DNA from: Alphaproteobacteria bacterium
GTDB taxonomy: Bacteria > Pseudomonadota > Alphaproteobacteria > CBDDJK01
Assembly: GCA_045106055.1 (NCBI GenBank)
Contig: JBGCED010000025.1
Coordinates: 1,835 to 65,834, forward strand
Length of the DNA: 64,000 bases
Direction: 5' to 3'
In this document: in pieces, positions 37,924 to 47,794 of the stretch
How the letters are laid out: every line of letters begins with the position of its first letter
Position numbering within the stretch: position 1 is the stretch's first letter
Program-made: the position numbers and the translations under genes
Notes under the pieces: generated by a model
Seen by the model: the letters and a program-made list of their open reading frames with translations, nothing else
Database searches by the model: none
Told to the model about the DNA's origin: nothing

Positions 37924-39041
37924 TGCAATTTCCGTTCAAAATCAATCCGTGGGTCAACCCAAACATAGGTTAAATCGGTCAATAGCCCCAGCACCAGCCC
38001 CATCAAGCTAAAAATATAAAGCGTTGCAAACATGATCGGGTAATCGCGCCCAATCGCCGCTTCAAAGCCAAGCAATCCCAGACCATCCAGCGAAAAAATA
38101 ATCTCGGTTAGCAAGGTGGAGGTGAAAAACATGCCAATAAAGACCGCAGGAAAGCCTGCAATCACAATCAGCATGGCATTGCGAAACACATGGCGGTAAA
38201 GCACCGCTTTTTGATCCAAGCCCTTGGCGCGGGCGGTTTGCACATAATGCTTGCTGATTTCTTCTAAGAAGCTGTTGCGGGTTAGCATGGTTAAGGTCGC
38301 AAAGCCGCCAATAATGATTGAAATAAGCGGCAGGGTTAAATGCCAAAGATAGTCTAAAATCCGTTCATACCAGCCCAAATCATGCCAATTATCCGACACC
38401 AATCCGCGCAGCGGAAACCAGCTGAAATATTCCCCGCCCGCAAATAGGATAATCAATAAAACCGCAAATAGAAAATTGGGAATGGCATAGCCCGTGATGA
38501 TGATGATGCTGGTTGCAAGATCGAATTTTGTACCCATACGCACCGCTTTTGCAATTCCCAGCGGAATAGAGATCAGATAAATCAATAAGGTTGACCATAG
38601 CCCAAGCGATATTGATACAGGCATTTTATCCAGAATGATTGATAAAACGCTGCGATCTTGGTAATAGCTTTCGCCAAAATCAAATTTTGCATAGCTGATA
38701 ATTAAGTCAAAGAATCGTGTATGCAGCGGTTTATCAAACCCATATTGCCGTTCAAGCTGGGCGATATAGTCAGGATCAAGCCCCGATGCTGCGCGGCTGC
38801 TGCTATTGGTGGTGCTATTGGCGGCATTGCCGCTGGGCGCGCTTTCAATGTCGCTGCCGGTGCCGCCCGTTACCCGCCCCAAGGTTCCCCCGCCCATATG
38901 CTGCATCTGGGCAATCATTTGCTCAATCGGGCCGCCTGGAGTTGCCTGCACAATCACAAAATTAATTGCCATGATGACAATCAAAGTGGGAATGATAAAC
39001 AGTAATCTGCGGATAATATAGCGCGTCATATTACCCCGCAT
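37920..39041 (-). CDS. yejB: ABC transporter permease (DppB/YejB-like) with a Gly/Ser/Thr/Asn-rich periplasmic insertion
   Basis: N-terminal …IIRRLLFIIPTLIVI… DppB-type start; its 5' end overlaps the fliP stop. Confidence 0.82.
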   Translation of the reverse strand: MRGNMTRYIIRRLLFIIPTLIVIMAINFVIVQATPGGPIEQMIAQMQHMGGGTLGRVTGGTGSDIESAPSGNAANSTTNSSSRAASGLDPDYIAQLERQYGFDKPLHTRFFDLIISYAKFDFGESYYQDRSVLSIILDKMPVSISLGLWSTLLIYLISIPLGIAKAVRMGTKFDLATSIIIITGYAIPNFLFAVLLIILFAGGEYFSWFPLRGLVSDNWHDLGWYERILDYLWHLTLPLISIIIGGFATLTMLTRNSFLEEISKHYVQTARAKGLDQKAVLYRHVFRNAMLIVIAGFPAVFIGMFFTSTLLTEIIFSLDGLGLLGFEAAIGRDYPIMFATLYIFSLMGLVLGLLTDLTYVWVDPRIDFERKLQ

Positions 39042-39819
39042 TGAACCCTTTAATCAAAGACCCAACCACCATATACCAGCCATCAATTAACACAAAGAAA
39101 ATCAATTTGAACGGCAGCGCAATCATCACAGGGGGCAGCATCATCATCCCCAGCGACATTAATACGGATGCGACCACCATATCAATCACCAGAAAGGGAA
39201 TAAATAATAAAAACCCAATTTCAAAGGCGCGCTTTAATTCCGAAATCATAAAGGCGGGAATCAGCGCACGCAGCGGCGTTTCATCTGGATTTGCGATCAG
39301 ATCAATGCCCGCAATGTCTAAGAATAGCCGCAAATCAGTAGGGCGAACATTGGCAAGCATGAAGCTTCGAAAGGGGGCGATGGAGCGTTCAAACGCTTCC
39401 ATTTCATCAATTTCTTCATTAATTAAGGGGGTAATGCCGTCATTCCACGCGGTTTCCAAGGCGGGCTGCATGATGAAAAAAGTCATAAATAGCGCAAGCG
39501 AGATTAATACGGAATTGGGCGGTGATTGCTGAATGCCAATCGCGGTGCGCAGCAAGGAAAACACAATCACAAAGCGCGTGAAAGAGGTAATCATCACCAA
39601 AATAGACGGCGCAAGCGATAAAACCGTTAGCAACGCAATCATTTGAACAATGCGCCCCGTTACCGTTCCGCCTTCGCCAAGATCAAAGGTCACGGCTTGC
39701 GCAAAGGCTGCCATGCCTTGGATTTTATCCGATAGCAATAAAATCATCAAACCCAATATAAAGCCCCCAGCGCCATATATTAAATGACGGGCAATGCGTT
39801 TATGGGCGTTTATCTTCAT
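39031..39819 (-). CDS. fliP: flagellar export apparatus protein FliP
   Basis: …ITSFTRFVIVFSLLRTAIGIQQSPPNSVL…LALFMTFFIMQP… signature. Confidence 0.88.
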   Translation of the reverse strand: MKINAHKRIARHLIYGAGGFILGLMILLLSDKIQGMAAFAQAVTFDLGEGGTVTGRIVQMIALLTVLSLAPSILVMITSFTRFVIVFSLLRTAIGIQQSPPNSVLISLALFMTFFIMQPALETAWNDGITPLINEEIDEMEAFERSIAPFRSFMLANVRPTDLRLFLDIAGIDLIANPDETPLRALIPAFMISELKRAFEIGFLLFIPFLVIDMVVASVLMSLGMMMLPPVMIALPFKLIFFVLIDGWYMVVGSLIKGFNAG

Positions 39820-39834
39820 TCTTGTAACCCCTTG

Positions 39835-40224
39835 TTAATCGGCTGTGGTTTGATGGGGGGTAACAAAACGGCTGAAATCTTGTGCGTGATCTTTCTTGGC
39901 ATTGCCAAGCATTGATGCGCTATGGAGCGATGCACCAGGTGCTGACCCATTTGCACCAATTTCAAAATCATTATTGGGACCAAGATAAAGCACATGGTCA
40001 ACCCCATTGCAATTTACCAGCACAATGCGCCGCCTTGGGTCAAGCCCAAGGGTTTGCTTTATATATAAGGGGCGATCGGGCGATGGCTGTTGCTTGCGGT
40101 TAAGGCTTGAACGGCTTAGAAAATCACCCAGCCGCATGCCATATTTTCTAAGCCCAACCGACAATAAGCCAATTAAACCCAGCACAACCAGTAACGCCAG
40201 AAAATATCGAATATAATCTACCAT
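39835..40224 (-). CDS. fliO: FliO-like flagellar biogenesis protein
   Basis: A 129-aa protein with one N-terminal TM and an …RRRIVLV… segment, immediately upstream of fliP. Confidence 0.55.
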   Translation of the reverse strand: MVDYIRYFLALLVVLGLIGLLSVGLRKYGMRLGDFLSRSSLNRKQQPSPDRPLYIKQTLGLDPRRRIVLVNCNGVDHVLYLGPNNDFEIGANGSAPGASLHSASMLGNAKKDHAQDFSRFVTPHQTTAD

Positions 40225-40357
40225 TTAATGCTTTCTTGATTTTTTAATATGTCTCTTCAAAATTTGATTTAACCGATTCGCACATTCCTAAAAGGATAAT
40301 GGTTGGCTTTTCCAAATTAAACTTGTGGAAAATGCGGTTTTGGCGTAAAAAACCCTA

Positions 40358-40684
40358 ATGAAAATAGATAAACAGCTTGAACAGGATGTAAAATCATTGG
40401 GGGATCAGCTTGATAAGCTGGATCGCTTGGGGGAAACGCATAAACCGCAATCAATGATCAAAACCGCCCCAAAAGGCATGGCGCAAGGCATTCGGCTTTC
40501 GGTTGATTTTATTGCGGCGATTGGGGTTGCAGGCTTTATGGGCTGGATGCTTGATGGGTGGCTTGATACGCGCCCATGGCTGATGGTTGCTTTGCTGCCA
40601 ATTGGGTTTGCTGCGGGCATTTTAAATATGATCCGCACCGCTAAAAAAGCTGAATTGGATCAGCATGCGTCAAAAAATCCCTAG
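40358..40684 (+). CDS. atpI: ATP synthase protein I-like small membrane protein
   Basis: A 108-aa protein with 2 TM, immediately upstream of atpB in the alphaproteobacterial F0 operon arrangement. Confidence 0.55.
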   Translation: MKIDKQLEQDVKSLGDQLDKLDRLGETHKPQSMIKTAPKGMAQGIRLSVDFIAAIGVAGFMGWMLDGWLDTRPWLMVALLPIGFAAGILNMIRTAKKAELDQHASKNP

Positions 40685-40797
40685 GGATGGGTTAAAAAAA
40701 ACTTGTTTTATTGCTAAAATTTGATTATGCGCAATGGTGAAACTTTTAAAAGCGTAGCAGAATAAATTCAAAGTTCCTTATTTCAGGGTGAAAGATT

Positions 40798-41526
40798 ATG
40801 GCAGCAAGTCCAATAGAACAGTTTGAAATTAAACCGATTGCAAGTCGGTTTGAACTTGCGGGTTTGGATTTAAGCTTTACCAATTCGGCGTTATGGATGG
40901 CAATCTCGGTGGTTGTAAGCGTTGGGCTATTGCTGGTGGCGATTAAAAACAGATCGCTTATTCCAGGACGCGGGCAGTTTGTTGCCGAATCCCTTTATAA
41001 AACGATCCTAACCATGGTGCTTGAGAATGTCGGCAAAGAAGGGCTTCGTTATTTCCCCTTCATCTTTAGCCTGTTTATCTTTGTGCTGTTCGGTAATGTG
41101 CTTGGCATGATTCCAGGATCCTTCACCTTTACCAGCCATTTGGTTGTAACCTTTGCGATGGCAGCCTTTATCTTTGTGGCGGTAACAATCATTGGGCTTG
41201 TAAGGCATGGCGGTAAATTCTTCAGCCTGTTTTTCCCGCATGGCGCGCCATTATGGACGGCGGTGATTTTGATCCCGATTGAATTGGTGTCTTATTTATC
41301 GCGCCCCGTTAGCCTTGGGGTCAGATTATTTGCAAATATGACGGTTGGGCATGTGCTGTTAAAAGTCATGGCTGGATTTGTAATTGCGCTTGGGGTTGGC
41401 GGTGTGCTGCCCCTTGCAGGGCTGGTTGCGATCACCGCGCTTGAATTTATGGTGGCGGTCATTCAAGCCTATGTGTTTGCGATTTTAACATGTATTTATT
41501 TACATGATGCGATTCATCTTCACTAA
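40798..41526 (+). CDS. atpB: F0F1 ATP synthase subunit a
   Basis: …LGVRLFANMTVGH… conserved Arg-containing helix; 242 aa. Confidence 0.92.
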   Translation: MAASPIEQFEIKPIASRFELAGLDLSFTNSALWMAISVVVSVGLLLVAIKNRSLIPGRGQFVAESLYKTILTMVLENVGKEGLRYFPFIFSLFIFVLFGNVLGMIPGSFTFTSHLVVTFAMAAFIFVAVTIIGLVRHGGKFFSLFFPHGAPLWTAVILIPIELVSYLSRPVSLGVRLFANMTVGHVLLKVMAGFVIALGVGGVLPLAGLVAITALEFMVAVIQAYVFAILTCIYLHDAIHLH

Positions 41527-41596
41527 GGCATAAACGCTTTATGAAATGATTAATTTAAGTAAAACTCTAACCTAAAAAGAATAAGGAATTAAGAAA

Positions 41597-41821
41597 ATGG
41601 AAACAGAAGCAGCAAAATTCATCGGTGCAGGCTTGGCAGCAATCGGCATGATCGGTGCTGGTATTGGGGTTGGCAATGTGTGGGCAAGCTATATTACAGC
41701 ATTGGCACGCAATCCTGCTTCAAAAGCTGAAATTGGTGCAAATATCTGGATCGGCTTTGCCGTTACCGAAGCGATTGCATTATTTGCATTGATCGTTGCA
41801 TTGATTGCACTTTTTGGCTAA
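41597..41821 (+). CDS. atpE: F0F1 ATP synthase subunit c
   Basis: A 74-aa hairpin proteolipid with the ion-binding Glu in …AVTEAIALF…. Confidence 0.92.
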   Translation: METEAAKFIGAGLAAIGMIGAGIGVGNVWASYITALARNPASKAEIGANIWIGFAVTEAIALFALIVALIALFG

Positions 41822-41966
41822 GCTTTACGGGCGTTATGAAATCTGGCATGGCGCAGGGGATGTTGCAGAACATACCTTGCCCATGTTTCAGATGATAGCC
41901 TGTTATAGATAGTTGCCAGCTATCGGTAGTTGATTATTTAATAAACGAAATTAAGGATATAGATAC

Positions 41967-42425
41967 ATGCCTCAATTCGATCAAATTGAAAGTTTTGCGG
42001 GTCAGATTTTTTGGCTAATCGTCTTTTTTGGTCTGATCTATTTCTTAATGTCAAAGATTGTGCTGCCGCGCATTGCGGAAATCTTGGAAGCGCGCGGTAA
42101 GCGCATTGAAATGGATTTGATTGATGCTCGCAGGCAGCAAGAAGAAGCGGAAATGCTGCTGGCAGAAGTTTCAACGAAGCTGGATGCTGCCCGCGAAGAT
42201 GCGCGCAAGCTTTACGCAGATGCAGAAATTTCAATGACAGAGGATTTTTCAAAGAAAGCGCAAAAGCTTGAAGCACAAATCGCAGATCAATTTGCCGAAG
42301 CGGAAGCAAGCATCAATGCACAAATTGAAGTAGCACGCAAAGATATTCAAGCAGAGTCCAAAGATTTGGCAGCGAATATTGTCTATTCTATTTCTGGATC
42401 AAAGATTGCTGCTGGCGCGAAATAA
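41967..42425 (+). CDS. atpF2: F0F1 ATP synthase subunit b'
   Basis: Single N-terminal TM followed by a long coiled coil; first of two b-type genes, as in alphaproteobacteria. Confidence 0.78.
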   Translation: MPQFDQIESFAGQIFWLIVFFGLIYFLMSKIVLPRIAEILEARGKRIEMDLIDARRQQEEAEMLLAEVSTKLDAAREDARKLYADAEISMTEDFSKKAQKLEAQIADQFAEAEASINAQIEVARKDIQAESKDLAANIVYSISGSKIAAGAK

Positions 42426-42492
42426 GGCGCTGCCGTGATTTAAGGTTAATGAATTATTTGAATTATGTTGGTTAAAAGGAAAGTCTTTAACG

Positions 42493-42987
42493 ATGGAAAT
42501 GCTGCATAGCACTGTATTTTGGATTGCCGTTGCGCTTGTGATCTTTTTGGCGCTGATTTGGTTTAAAGGGCGTAAATCCATTGCCAATGGCATTGATCAA
42601 AAGATTGACCTGATTAGAAGCGAACTTGCGCAAGCAGAACAGCTAAAGATTGAGACCAAGCAAAAGCTTAGCGAGGCACGCACCCATAAAGCGGATGCCG
42701 ATACCAGGATCAAAGAAATTCAGGCGCAAGCAAAGCAAGAAGTTAAGCTGCTGAAGCAAAAAACTGAAGCCCGTTATGATGAATTTGTCAAGCGCAAGCA
42801 GCAGCAATCCCAAGACCGTATTGATCAAATGCAGCGTGCAGCCATTGCGCAAATCCGCGCTGAAATTGCAGATCAATCCATTGAAATTTCAACCAAAGCG
42901 CTTAAAGCGCAATATCAACAGCAAGATAAAGATAATCTTGCCGATGCGGTGCTGGGTGATATTGCAAAATTGGGCGAAGCCGCCTAG
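42493..42987 (+). CDS. atpF: F0F1 ATP synthase subunit b
   Basis: Single N-terminal TM followed by a coiled coil; second b-type gene. Confidence 0.78.
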   Translation: MEMLHSTVFWIAVALVIFLALIWFKGRKSIANGIDQKIDLIRSELAQAEQLKIETKQKLSEARTHKADADTRIKEIQAQAKQEVKLLKQKTEARYDEFVKRKQQQSQDRIDQMQRAAIAQIRAEIADQSIEISTKALKAQYQQQDKDNLADAVLGDIAKLGEAA

Positions 42988-43018
42988 TAAAATTGGGCGA
43001 AGCCGCCTGCCCTAGGGC
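42966..43018. repeat. tandem duplication: the 20-bp aaaattgggcgaagccgcct at 42966-42985 and again at 42989-43008 (23-bp period), followed by the palindrome gccctagggc at 43009-43018; the atpF stop (TAG-TAA) sits between the copies
   Basis: Seen directly in the sequence. Confidence 0.8.
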
Positions 43019-43338
43019 ATCTCATGCTAAGCTTGATCTCTATGCTTATTCACACAAGTATGCTTATTCATACAAGATAGCAGGGCGATATTATCTGCTG
43101 CGATCCTTTATTCTTTCAAAGTCTAAATATACTTCATTAGGGCTAAGAAAATGATCTTATCCTTTTGCTTGTCAGCCCTTAAGTTTTTGCTTGATTACAG
43201 GGCTGTGTTTATGTATAGCAACGGTTAATTCACAGGAAGATGCCATAAATCTTTTTTTCTGGTGTTGCATTTGCAATTCTATCATTCGTGCATCTTCCAA
43301 GGGCATAACCAGAAAATAAATTTAGAAAGTATAAAATC

Positions 43339-44166
43339 ATGTCTTCAAATATCCCTAGTTTTACCATGCGCCAACTGCTTGAAGCGGGCGTGCATTTTGG
43401 TCATACAACCCGTCGCTGGAATCCAAAGATGGAACAATATATCTTTGGGGTGCGTAACGGCATTCATATCATGGATTTGGGGCAAACCGTTCCCATGCTC
43501 AATACCGCGCTTAAAGCATTATATGATGTTGCTGCTGGCGGCGGACGCATTTTATTTGTTGGCACAAAACGCCAAGCACAAATGCCATTAAAAGAATATG
43601 CGATGAATTGCGGGCAATATTATGTCAATCACCGCTGGCTTGGGGGCATGATGACGAATTGGAAAACCGTTTCAAATTCGATCAAACGCTTGAAAGAGCT
43701 TGATAAATTGCTGCAAGATGAAGAGCATAACAATAAATTAACCAAGCGCGAATTATTGGGGCTTAGCCGCCAGCGCGATAAATTAGAATTAACGCTGGGC
43801 GGAATTAAGGATATGGGCGATACGCCAAATATGCTGGTCGTGCTGGATGTGGTTAAGGATCAAATCGCGGTTCAAGAAGCAAAAACAATGGGCTTGCCCG
43901 TGATTGGGATTTTGGATTCAAACGCAACGCCAGAAGGGGTTGATTATCCAATTCCAGGCAATGATGATTCCATGCGCTCGATTAAGCTTTATCTTGAATT
44001 AATTTCGCGCACAGTGCTTGCTGGGATTGATCAATCCGTTCAAAATTCAGGGGTTGATATTGGTGAAAAACTGAATGCGTCCGAACCCGCGCTTGAAGCC
44101 ACTGCCGAAGTTGCTGAAGCCCCCGCTGCTGAAGCTTCATCAGAATCAGCTGCACCATCTGCATAA
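43339..44166 (+). CDS. rpsB: 30S ribosomal protein S2
   Basis: MRQLLEAGVHFGHTTRRWNPKM N-terminus. Confidence 0.93.
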   Translation: MSSNIPSFTMRQLLEAGVHFGHTTRRWNPKMEQYIFGVRNGIHIMDLGQTVPMLNTALKALYDVAAGGGRILFVGTKRQAQMPLKEYAMNCGQYYVNHRWLGGMMTNWKTVSNSIKRLKELDKLLQDEEHNNKLTKRELLGLSRQRDKLELTLGGIKDMGDTPNMLVVLDVVKDQIAVQEAKTMGLPVIGILDSNATPEGVDYPIPGNDDSMRSIKLYLELISRTVLAGIDQSVQNSGVDIGEKLNASEPALEATAEVAEAPAAEASSESAAPSA

Positions 44167-44200
44167 ATCAATCACTATCGGTTAAAGGAACTATAAAATT

Positions 44201-45130
44201 ATGACGATTACAGCCACAATGGTAAAAGAGCTGCGCGAAAAATCAGGCGCGGGCATGATGGATTGCAAAAAAGCATTGGCAGAAACGGATGGTGATTTTG
44301 AAGCTGCTGTCGATTGGTTGCGTAAAAAAGGATTATCGGCTGCGGCTAAAAAATCCAGCCGCATCGCTGCGGAGGGGCTTGTTGGGCTTTCATTTGATGG
44401 CACAAAAGGCGCATTGATTGAGGTGAATGCAGAAACCGATTTTGTTGCCCGCAATCAATTATTCCAAGATTTTGTGCTTAATTTGGCATCCTTGTCGGTT
44501 GCTGTGGGCGGCGTTGATGATTTGCAAGGCTTGGCTTACCCAGATACGGGGCGCAATGTTGCAGAAGAATTAACCCATAATATCGCGATGATTGGCGAAA
44601 ATATGAGCATCAGGCGTTTGGTTGCGCTTAGCGTGGAAGCGGGCGCGGTTAGCGGTTATGTTCATGCCGCAGCCGAAGGATCAAACGGCAAGCTTGGGCG
44701 CATTGGTGTGCTGGTTGCGCTTGAATCACAAGCGGATGCTGGCGCATTGGCGCAGCTTGGCAAGCAAATTGCCATGCATATTGCGGCTGCAAATCCGCGC
44801 TTTTTATCGGTTGATGAAATTAGCGAGGAAGACCGTGAGCGCGAACGCAATGTGTTGACCGAACAAGCCCGCGCAGAGGGTCGTCCTGAAAATATCATTC
44901 AAAAAATGGTTGAAGGGCGCATGCGTAAATTCCAAGAAGAGGTTGCCTTATTAGAGCAAATATTTGTGATTGATAATGAAACCAAAATTTCCGATCTGCT
45001 TGAAAAGCAAAGCAAAGAACTTGGCAGCAAGATTATATTGAAAGCATTTGCACGGTTTGAACTTGGCGAAGGCATCGAGAAAAAACAAGATGATTTTGCA
45101 GCAGAGGTCGCCGCAGCCGTCGGGGGATAA
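44201..45130 (+). CDS. tsf: elongation factor Ts
   Basis: …VKELREKSGAGMMDCKKAL… UBA-like N-terminus followed by a duplicated EF-Ts core. Confidence 0.93.
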   Translation: MTITATMVKELREKSGAGMMDCKKALAETDGDFEAAVDWLRKKGLSAAAKKSSRIAAEGLVGLSFDGTKGALIEVNAETDFVARNQLFQDFVLNLASLSVAVGGVDDLQGLAYPDTGRNVAEELTHNIAMIGENMSIRRLVALSVEAGAVSGYVHAAAEGSNGKLGRIGVLVALESQADAGALAQLGKQIAMHIAAANPRFLSVDEISEEDRERERNVLTEQARAEGRPENIIQKMVEGRMRKFQEEVALLEQIFVIDNETKISDLLEKQSKELGSKIILKAFARFELGEGIEKKQDDFAAEVAAAVGG

Positions 45131-45172
45131 TGTAAACGAAACGCGCTATAAGCACGATGTGAACGGAAAATA

Positions 45173-45979
45173 ATGCCACATGATTTAACATCATCGGATG
45201 ATGCAAGGATAGCCGCCAGAAAAAACGGCGATTCACCTTTAGGCGATGTTCGCTATAAACGCATTTTGCTTAAAATCTCAGGTGAAGCTTTGATGGGCGA
45301 TAAAGCCTTTGGCATTGATGCAGAAGCAGTTAAATTAATTGCCCAGCAAATTGGCAGTGTTTACCAGCTTGGCGTTGAAATTTGCTTGGTGATTGGCGGC
45401 GGTAATATTTTTCGCGGCATTTCAGCTGCGGCTGAGATGGAGCGCACCACCGCTGATTATATGGGCATGCTAGGCACGGTGATGAATGCGCTTGCCCTGC
45501 AATCGGGGCTTGAAAATGACGGCATTCCAACGCGTGTGCTTTCTGCGGTTCCCATGAATACGATTTGCGAACCCTATATCAGGCGGCGCGCCATGCGCCA
45601 TCTTGAAAAGGGGCGTATTGTTATTTTTGCTGCTGGCACAGGCAATCCCTATTTTACCACGGACAGCGCCGCTGCCTTGCGCGCTTCCGAGATGGAATGC
45701 GATGTGGTGATGAAAGCAACCAAAGTGGATGGCGTTTATGATAGCGATCCCAAGATTAATCCAAATGCCAAACGGTTTCAAACCATCAGCTATCAAACCG
45801 CATTGGAACGCAATTTAAGGGTGATGGATACAGCAGCAATCGCGCTATGCCGCGAGAAAAAGCTGCCGATCTTGGTGTTTTCAATGTTTGAACCCAATAG
45901 TTTTTCAAATATTGTAAGGGCAAGGGGGGCTTTCACGCAAATTATGGAATCAGCCCCCGATCACATGCCCCCCACTTAA
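45173..45979 (+). CDS. pyrH: UMP kinase
   Basis: [13 protein letters not shown] start of the conserved core and the …GGGNIFRG… motif. The roughly 25-aa leader before the core suggests the annotated ATG may be upstream of the true start. Confidence 0.9.
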   Translation: MPHDLTSSDDARIAARKNGDSPLGDVRYKRILLKISGEALMGDKAFGIDAEAVKLIAQQIGSVYQLGVEICLVIGGGNIFRGISAAAEMERTTADYMGMLGTVMNALALQSGLENDGIPTRVLSAVPMNTICEPYIRRRAMRHLEKGRIVIFAAGTGNPYFTTDSAAALRASEMECDVVMKATKVDGVYDSDPKINPNAKRFQTISYQTALERNLRVMDTAAIALCREKKLPILVFSMFEPNSFSNIVRARGAFTQIMESAPDHMPPT

Positions 45980-45992
45980 AGATAAAGGAGTA

Positions 45993-46556
45993 ATGATAAT
46001 GAGCTTTCAAGGCGATAAAGATTTAAAAAAACGGATGGATGGCGCAACTGAAGCTTTGCAAAAGGAATTTTCAGGATTAAGAACGGGACGCGCAAGCCCC
46101 GCCTTGCTTGAATCTGTTCAAGTCGAGGCTTATGGCGGGCATATGCCATTAAAAGAGCTTGCAGGGGTTAATGTGCCAGAACCTAGAATGCTAAGTGTGA
46201 ATGTATGGGATCAAGGGCTTGTCAAGGCGGTTGAAAAGGCAATTTCAGATGCAAATTTAGGTTTAAACCCAATGTCCGAGGGCAATGTTATTCGCGTTAC
46301 CTTGCCTGAACTTACCGAAGATCGCCGCCGCGAACTTACCAAGGTTGCAGGAAAATACGCAGAAGCAGCAAGGATTGCGGTGCGAAATGTTCGCCGCGAT
46401 GGGATTGATGGGCTGCGCAAGGCAGAAAAATCAGGGGATATTGCGCAAGATCAGCTGCATCGCGGACAAGATGAGATTCAAAAAATGACCGATGCCGCGA
46501 TTGCAAATATTGATAAGATGCTGGCGGATAAAGACCAAGATATTATGCAGGTTTAA
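45993..46556 (+). CDS. frr: ribosome recycling factor
   Basis: 187 aa, with a …LRTGRASPALL… motif. Confidence 0.92.
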   Translation: MIMSFQGDKDLKKRMDGATEALQKEFSGLRTGRASPALLESVQVEAYGGHMPLKELAGVNVPEPRMLSVNVWDQGLVKAVEKAISDANLGLNPMSEGNVIRVTLPELTEDRRRELTKVAGKYAEAARIAVRNVRRDGIDGLRKAEKSGDIAQDQLHRGQDEIQKMTDAAIANIDKMLADKDQDIMQV

Positions 46557-46602
46557 GCCTTAATTTTTTAAATTTAACCATTTTGATCGCGACCCCCCTC
46601 CC

Positions 46603-47328
46603 GTGACTTATCAGGATAAAATTAAGCATATTGCCTTTATCATGGATGGCAATGGGCGCTGGGCAAAGCAGCGCGGAAAGCCGCGTATTGAGGGGCATAG
46701 AAAAGGCGCAGCTGCGCTTCGCGGCGTGATTGAAGCCGCTGCCGATTTATCCATCCCATTTGTAACTTTCTTTGGCTTTTCAACCGAAAATTGGCAACGC
46801 CCCCCCCAAGAAGTACAGGATTTAATGGGGCTATTGCGGCAGTATTTGATGTATGAGGTAAATGCGTTTCATAAGGCGGGGGCAAAATTAATTATCATTG
46901 GTCAGCGTGATCGCTTTTCAGCCGATTTGATTGAATTAATTGAAAAGGCAGAGACAAAAACAAAAGATAATGATAAAATCACCGTGGTGATTGCTTTGAA
47001 TTATGGCGCGCGCGCTGAATTGCTGCATGCCGCAAAAGAAATTTGCAAGCAAGCCGTTGCGGGTGATATAAGCATGGATGATCTTCAAGAGCAGGATATT
47101 TCCAATCTGTTATGGACAAGGGATATTCCAGATCCTGATTTGCTGATCCGAACCAGCGGCGAGCAACGGATTAGCAATTTTTTATTATGGCAGCTTGCCT
47201 ATAGCGAATTATTATTTATGGATTGCCTATGGCCCGATTTCAGCAAAGCGCATTTACAAACTGCGATGGATGAATTTTATCGCCGCAATCGCCGCTTTGG
47301 ACTTGTTGAAGAAAACCCGCCTGCTTAA
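46603..47328 (+). CDS. uppS: isoprenyl transferase (undecaprenyl-diphosphate synthase)
   Basis: HIAFIMDGNGRWA and the …FSTENW.R… motif. Confidence 0.9.
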   Translation: MTYQDKIKHIAFIMDGNGRWAKQRGKPRIEGHRKGAAALRGVIEAAADLSIPFVTFFGFSTENWQRPPQEVQDLMGLLRQYLMYEVNAFHKAGAKLIIIGQRDRFSADLIELIEKAETKTKDNDKITVVIALNYGARAELLHAAKEICKQAVAGDISMDDLQEQDISNLLWTRDIPDPDLLIRTSGEQRISNFLLWQLAYSELLFMDCLWPDFSKAHLQTAMDEFYRRNRRFGLVEENPPA

Positions 47329-47363
47329 ATCAACTTACTTAAATCAACTATGAAAGTATAAGA

Positions 47364-47786
47364 ATGATGAAAGATCAACAAACCCATTTTGCAGCCCAGC
47401 GTTCACACCGCCAGCTTAAAGTTGGTGAGGAAATACGCCATATTGTCTCTTCGTTATTTGCGCGCGGGGAATTGGCCGATCCTGCGCTTTTTGGTAAATC
47501 CTTGACGATTACCGAGGTTAAGATCAGCCCCGATCTTAAAAATGCCACCATATTTTATGTGCCATTGCTGGCGGTCAATTTTGATGCGGAAGGATTGGTG
47601 GTCATTCAAAAAGGACTTGAAAAAGTAGAGCCCTTTATTAAACGGCACATTGCAGCAAGTTTGAAAATTAGAGTGACCCCAAAATTGAAATTTAGCTATG
47701 ATCGCACTTTTGACAATATTGATGCGGTCGGTAAATTATTGAGCCACCCACGGGTTCAGGCAGATTTAACCCCACCAACAAAATAA
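47364..47786 (+). CDS. rbfA: ribosome-binding factor A
   Basis: A 140-aa KH-like fold (…RQLKVGEEIRHIVSSLF…TITEVKISPDLKNATIFY…). Confidence 0.75.
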   Translation: MMKDQQTHFAAQRSHRQLKVGEEIRHIVSSLFARGELADPALFGKSLTITEVKISPDLKNATIFYVPLLAVNFDAEGLVVIQKGLEKVEPFIKRHIAASLKIRVTPKLKFSYDRTFDNIDAVGKLLSHPRVQADLTPPTK

Positions 47787-47794
47787 TATTTTCA

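Noticed and set aside
42988-43338. 350-bp region upstream of rpsB examined for tRNA or ncRNA
   Set aside because: It has no cloverleaf-compatible GC-rich arms or T-loop motif. It is most simply the rpsB leader/promoter after the atp operon, but covariance-model searches (tRNAscan-SE/Infernal) were not possible here.
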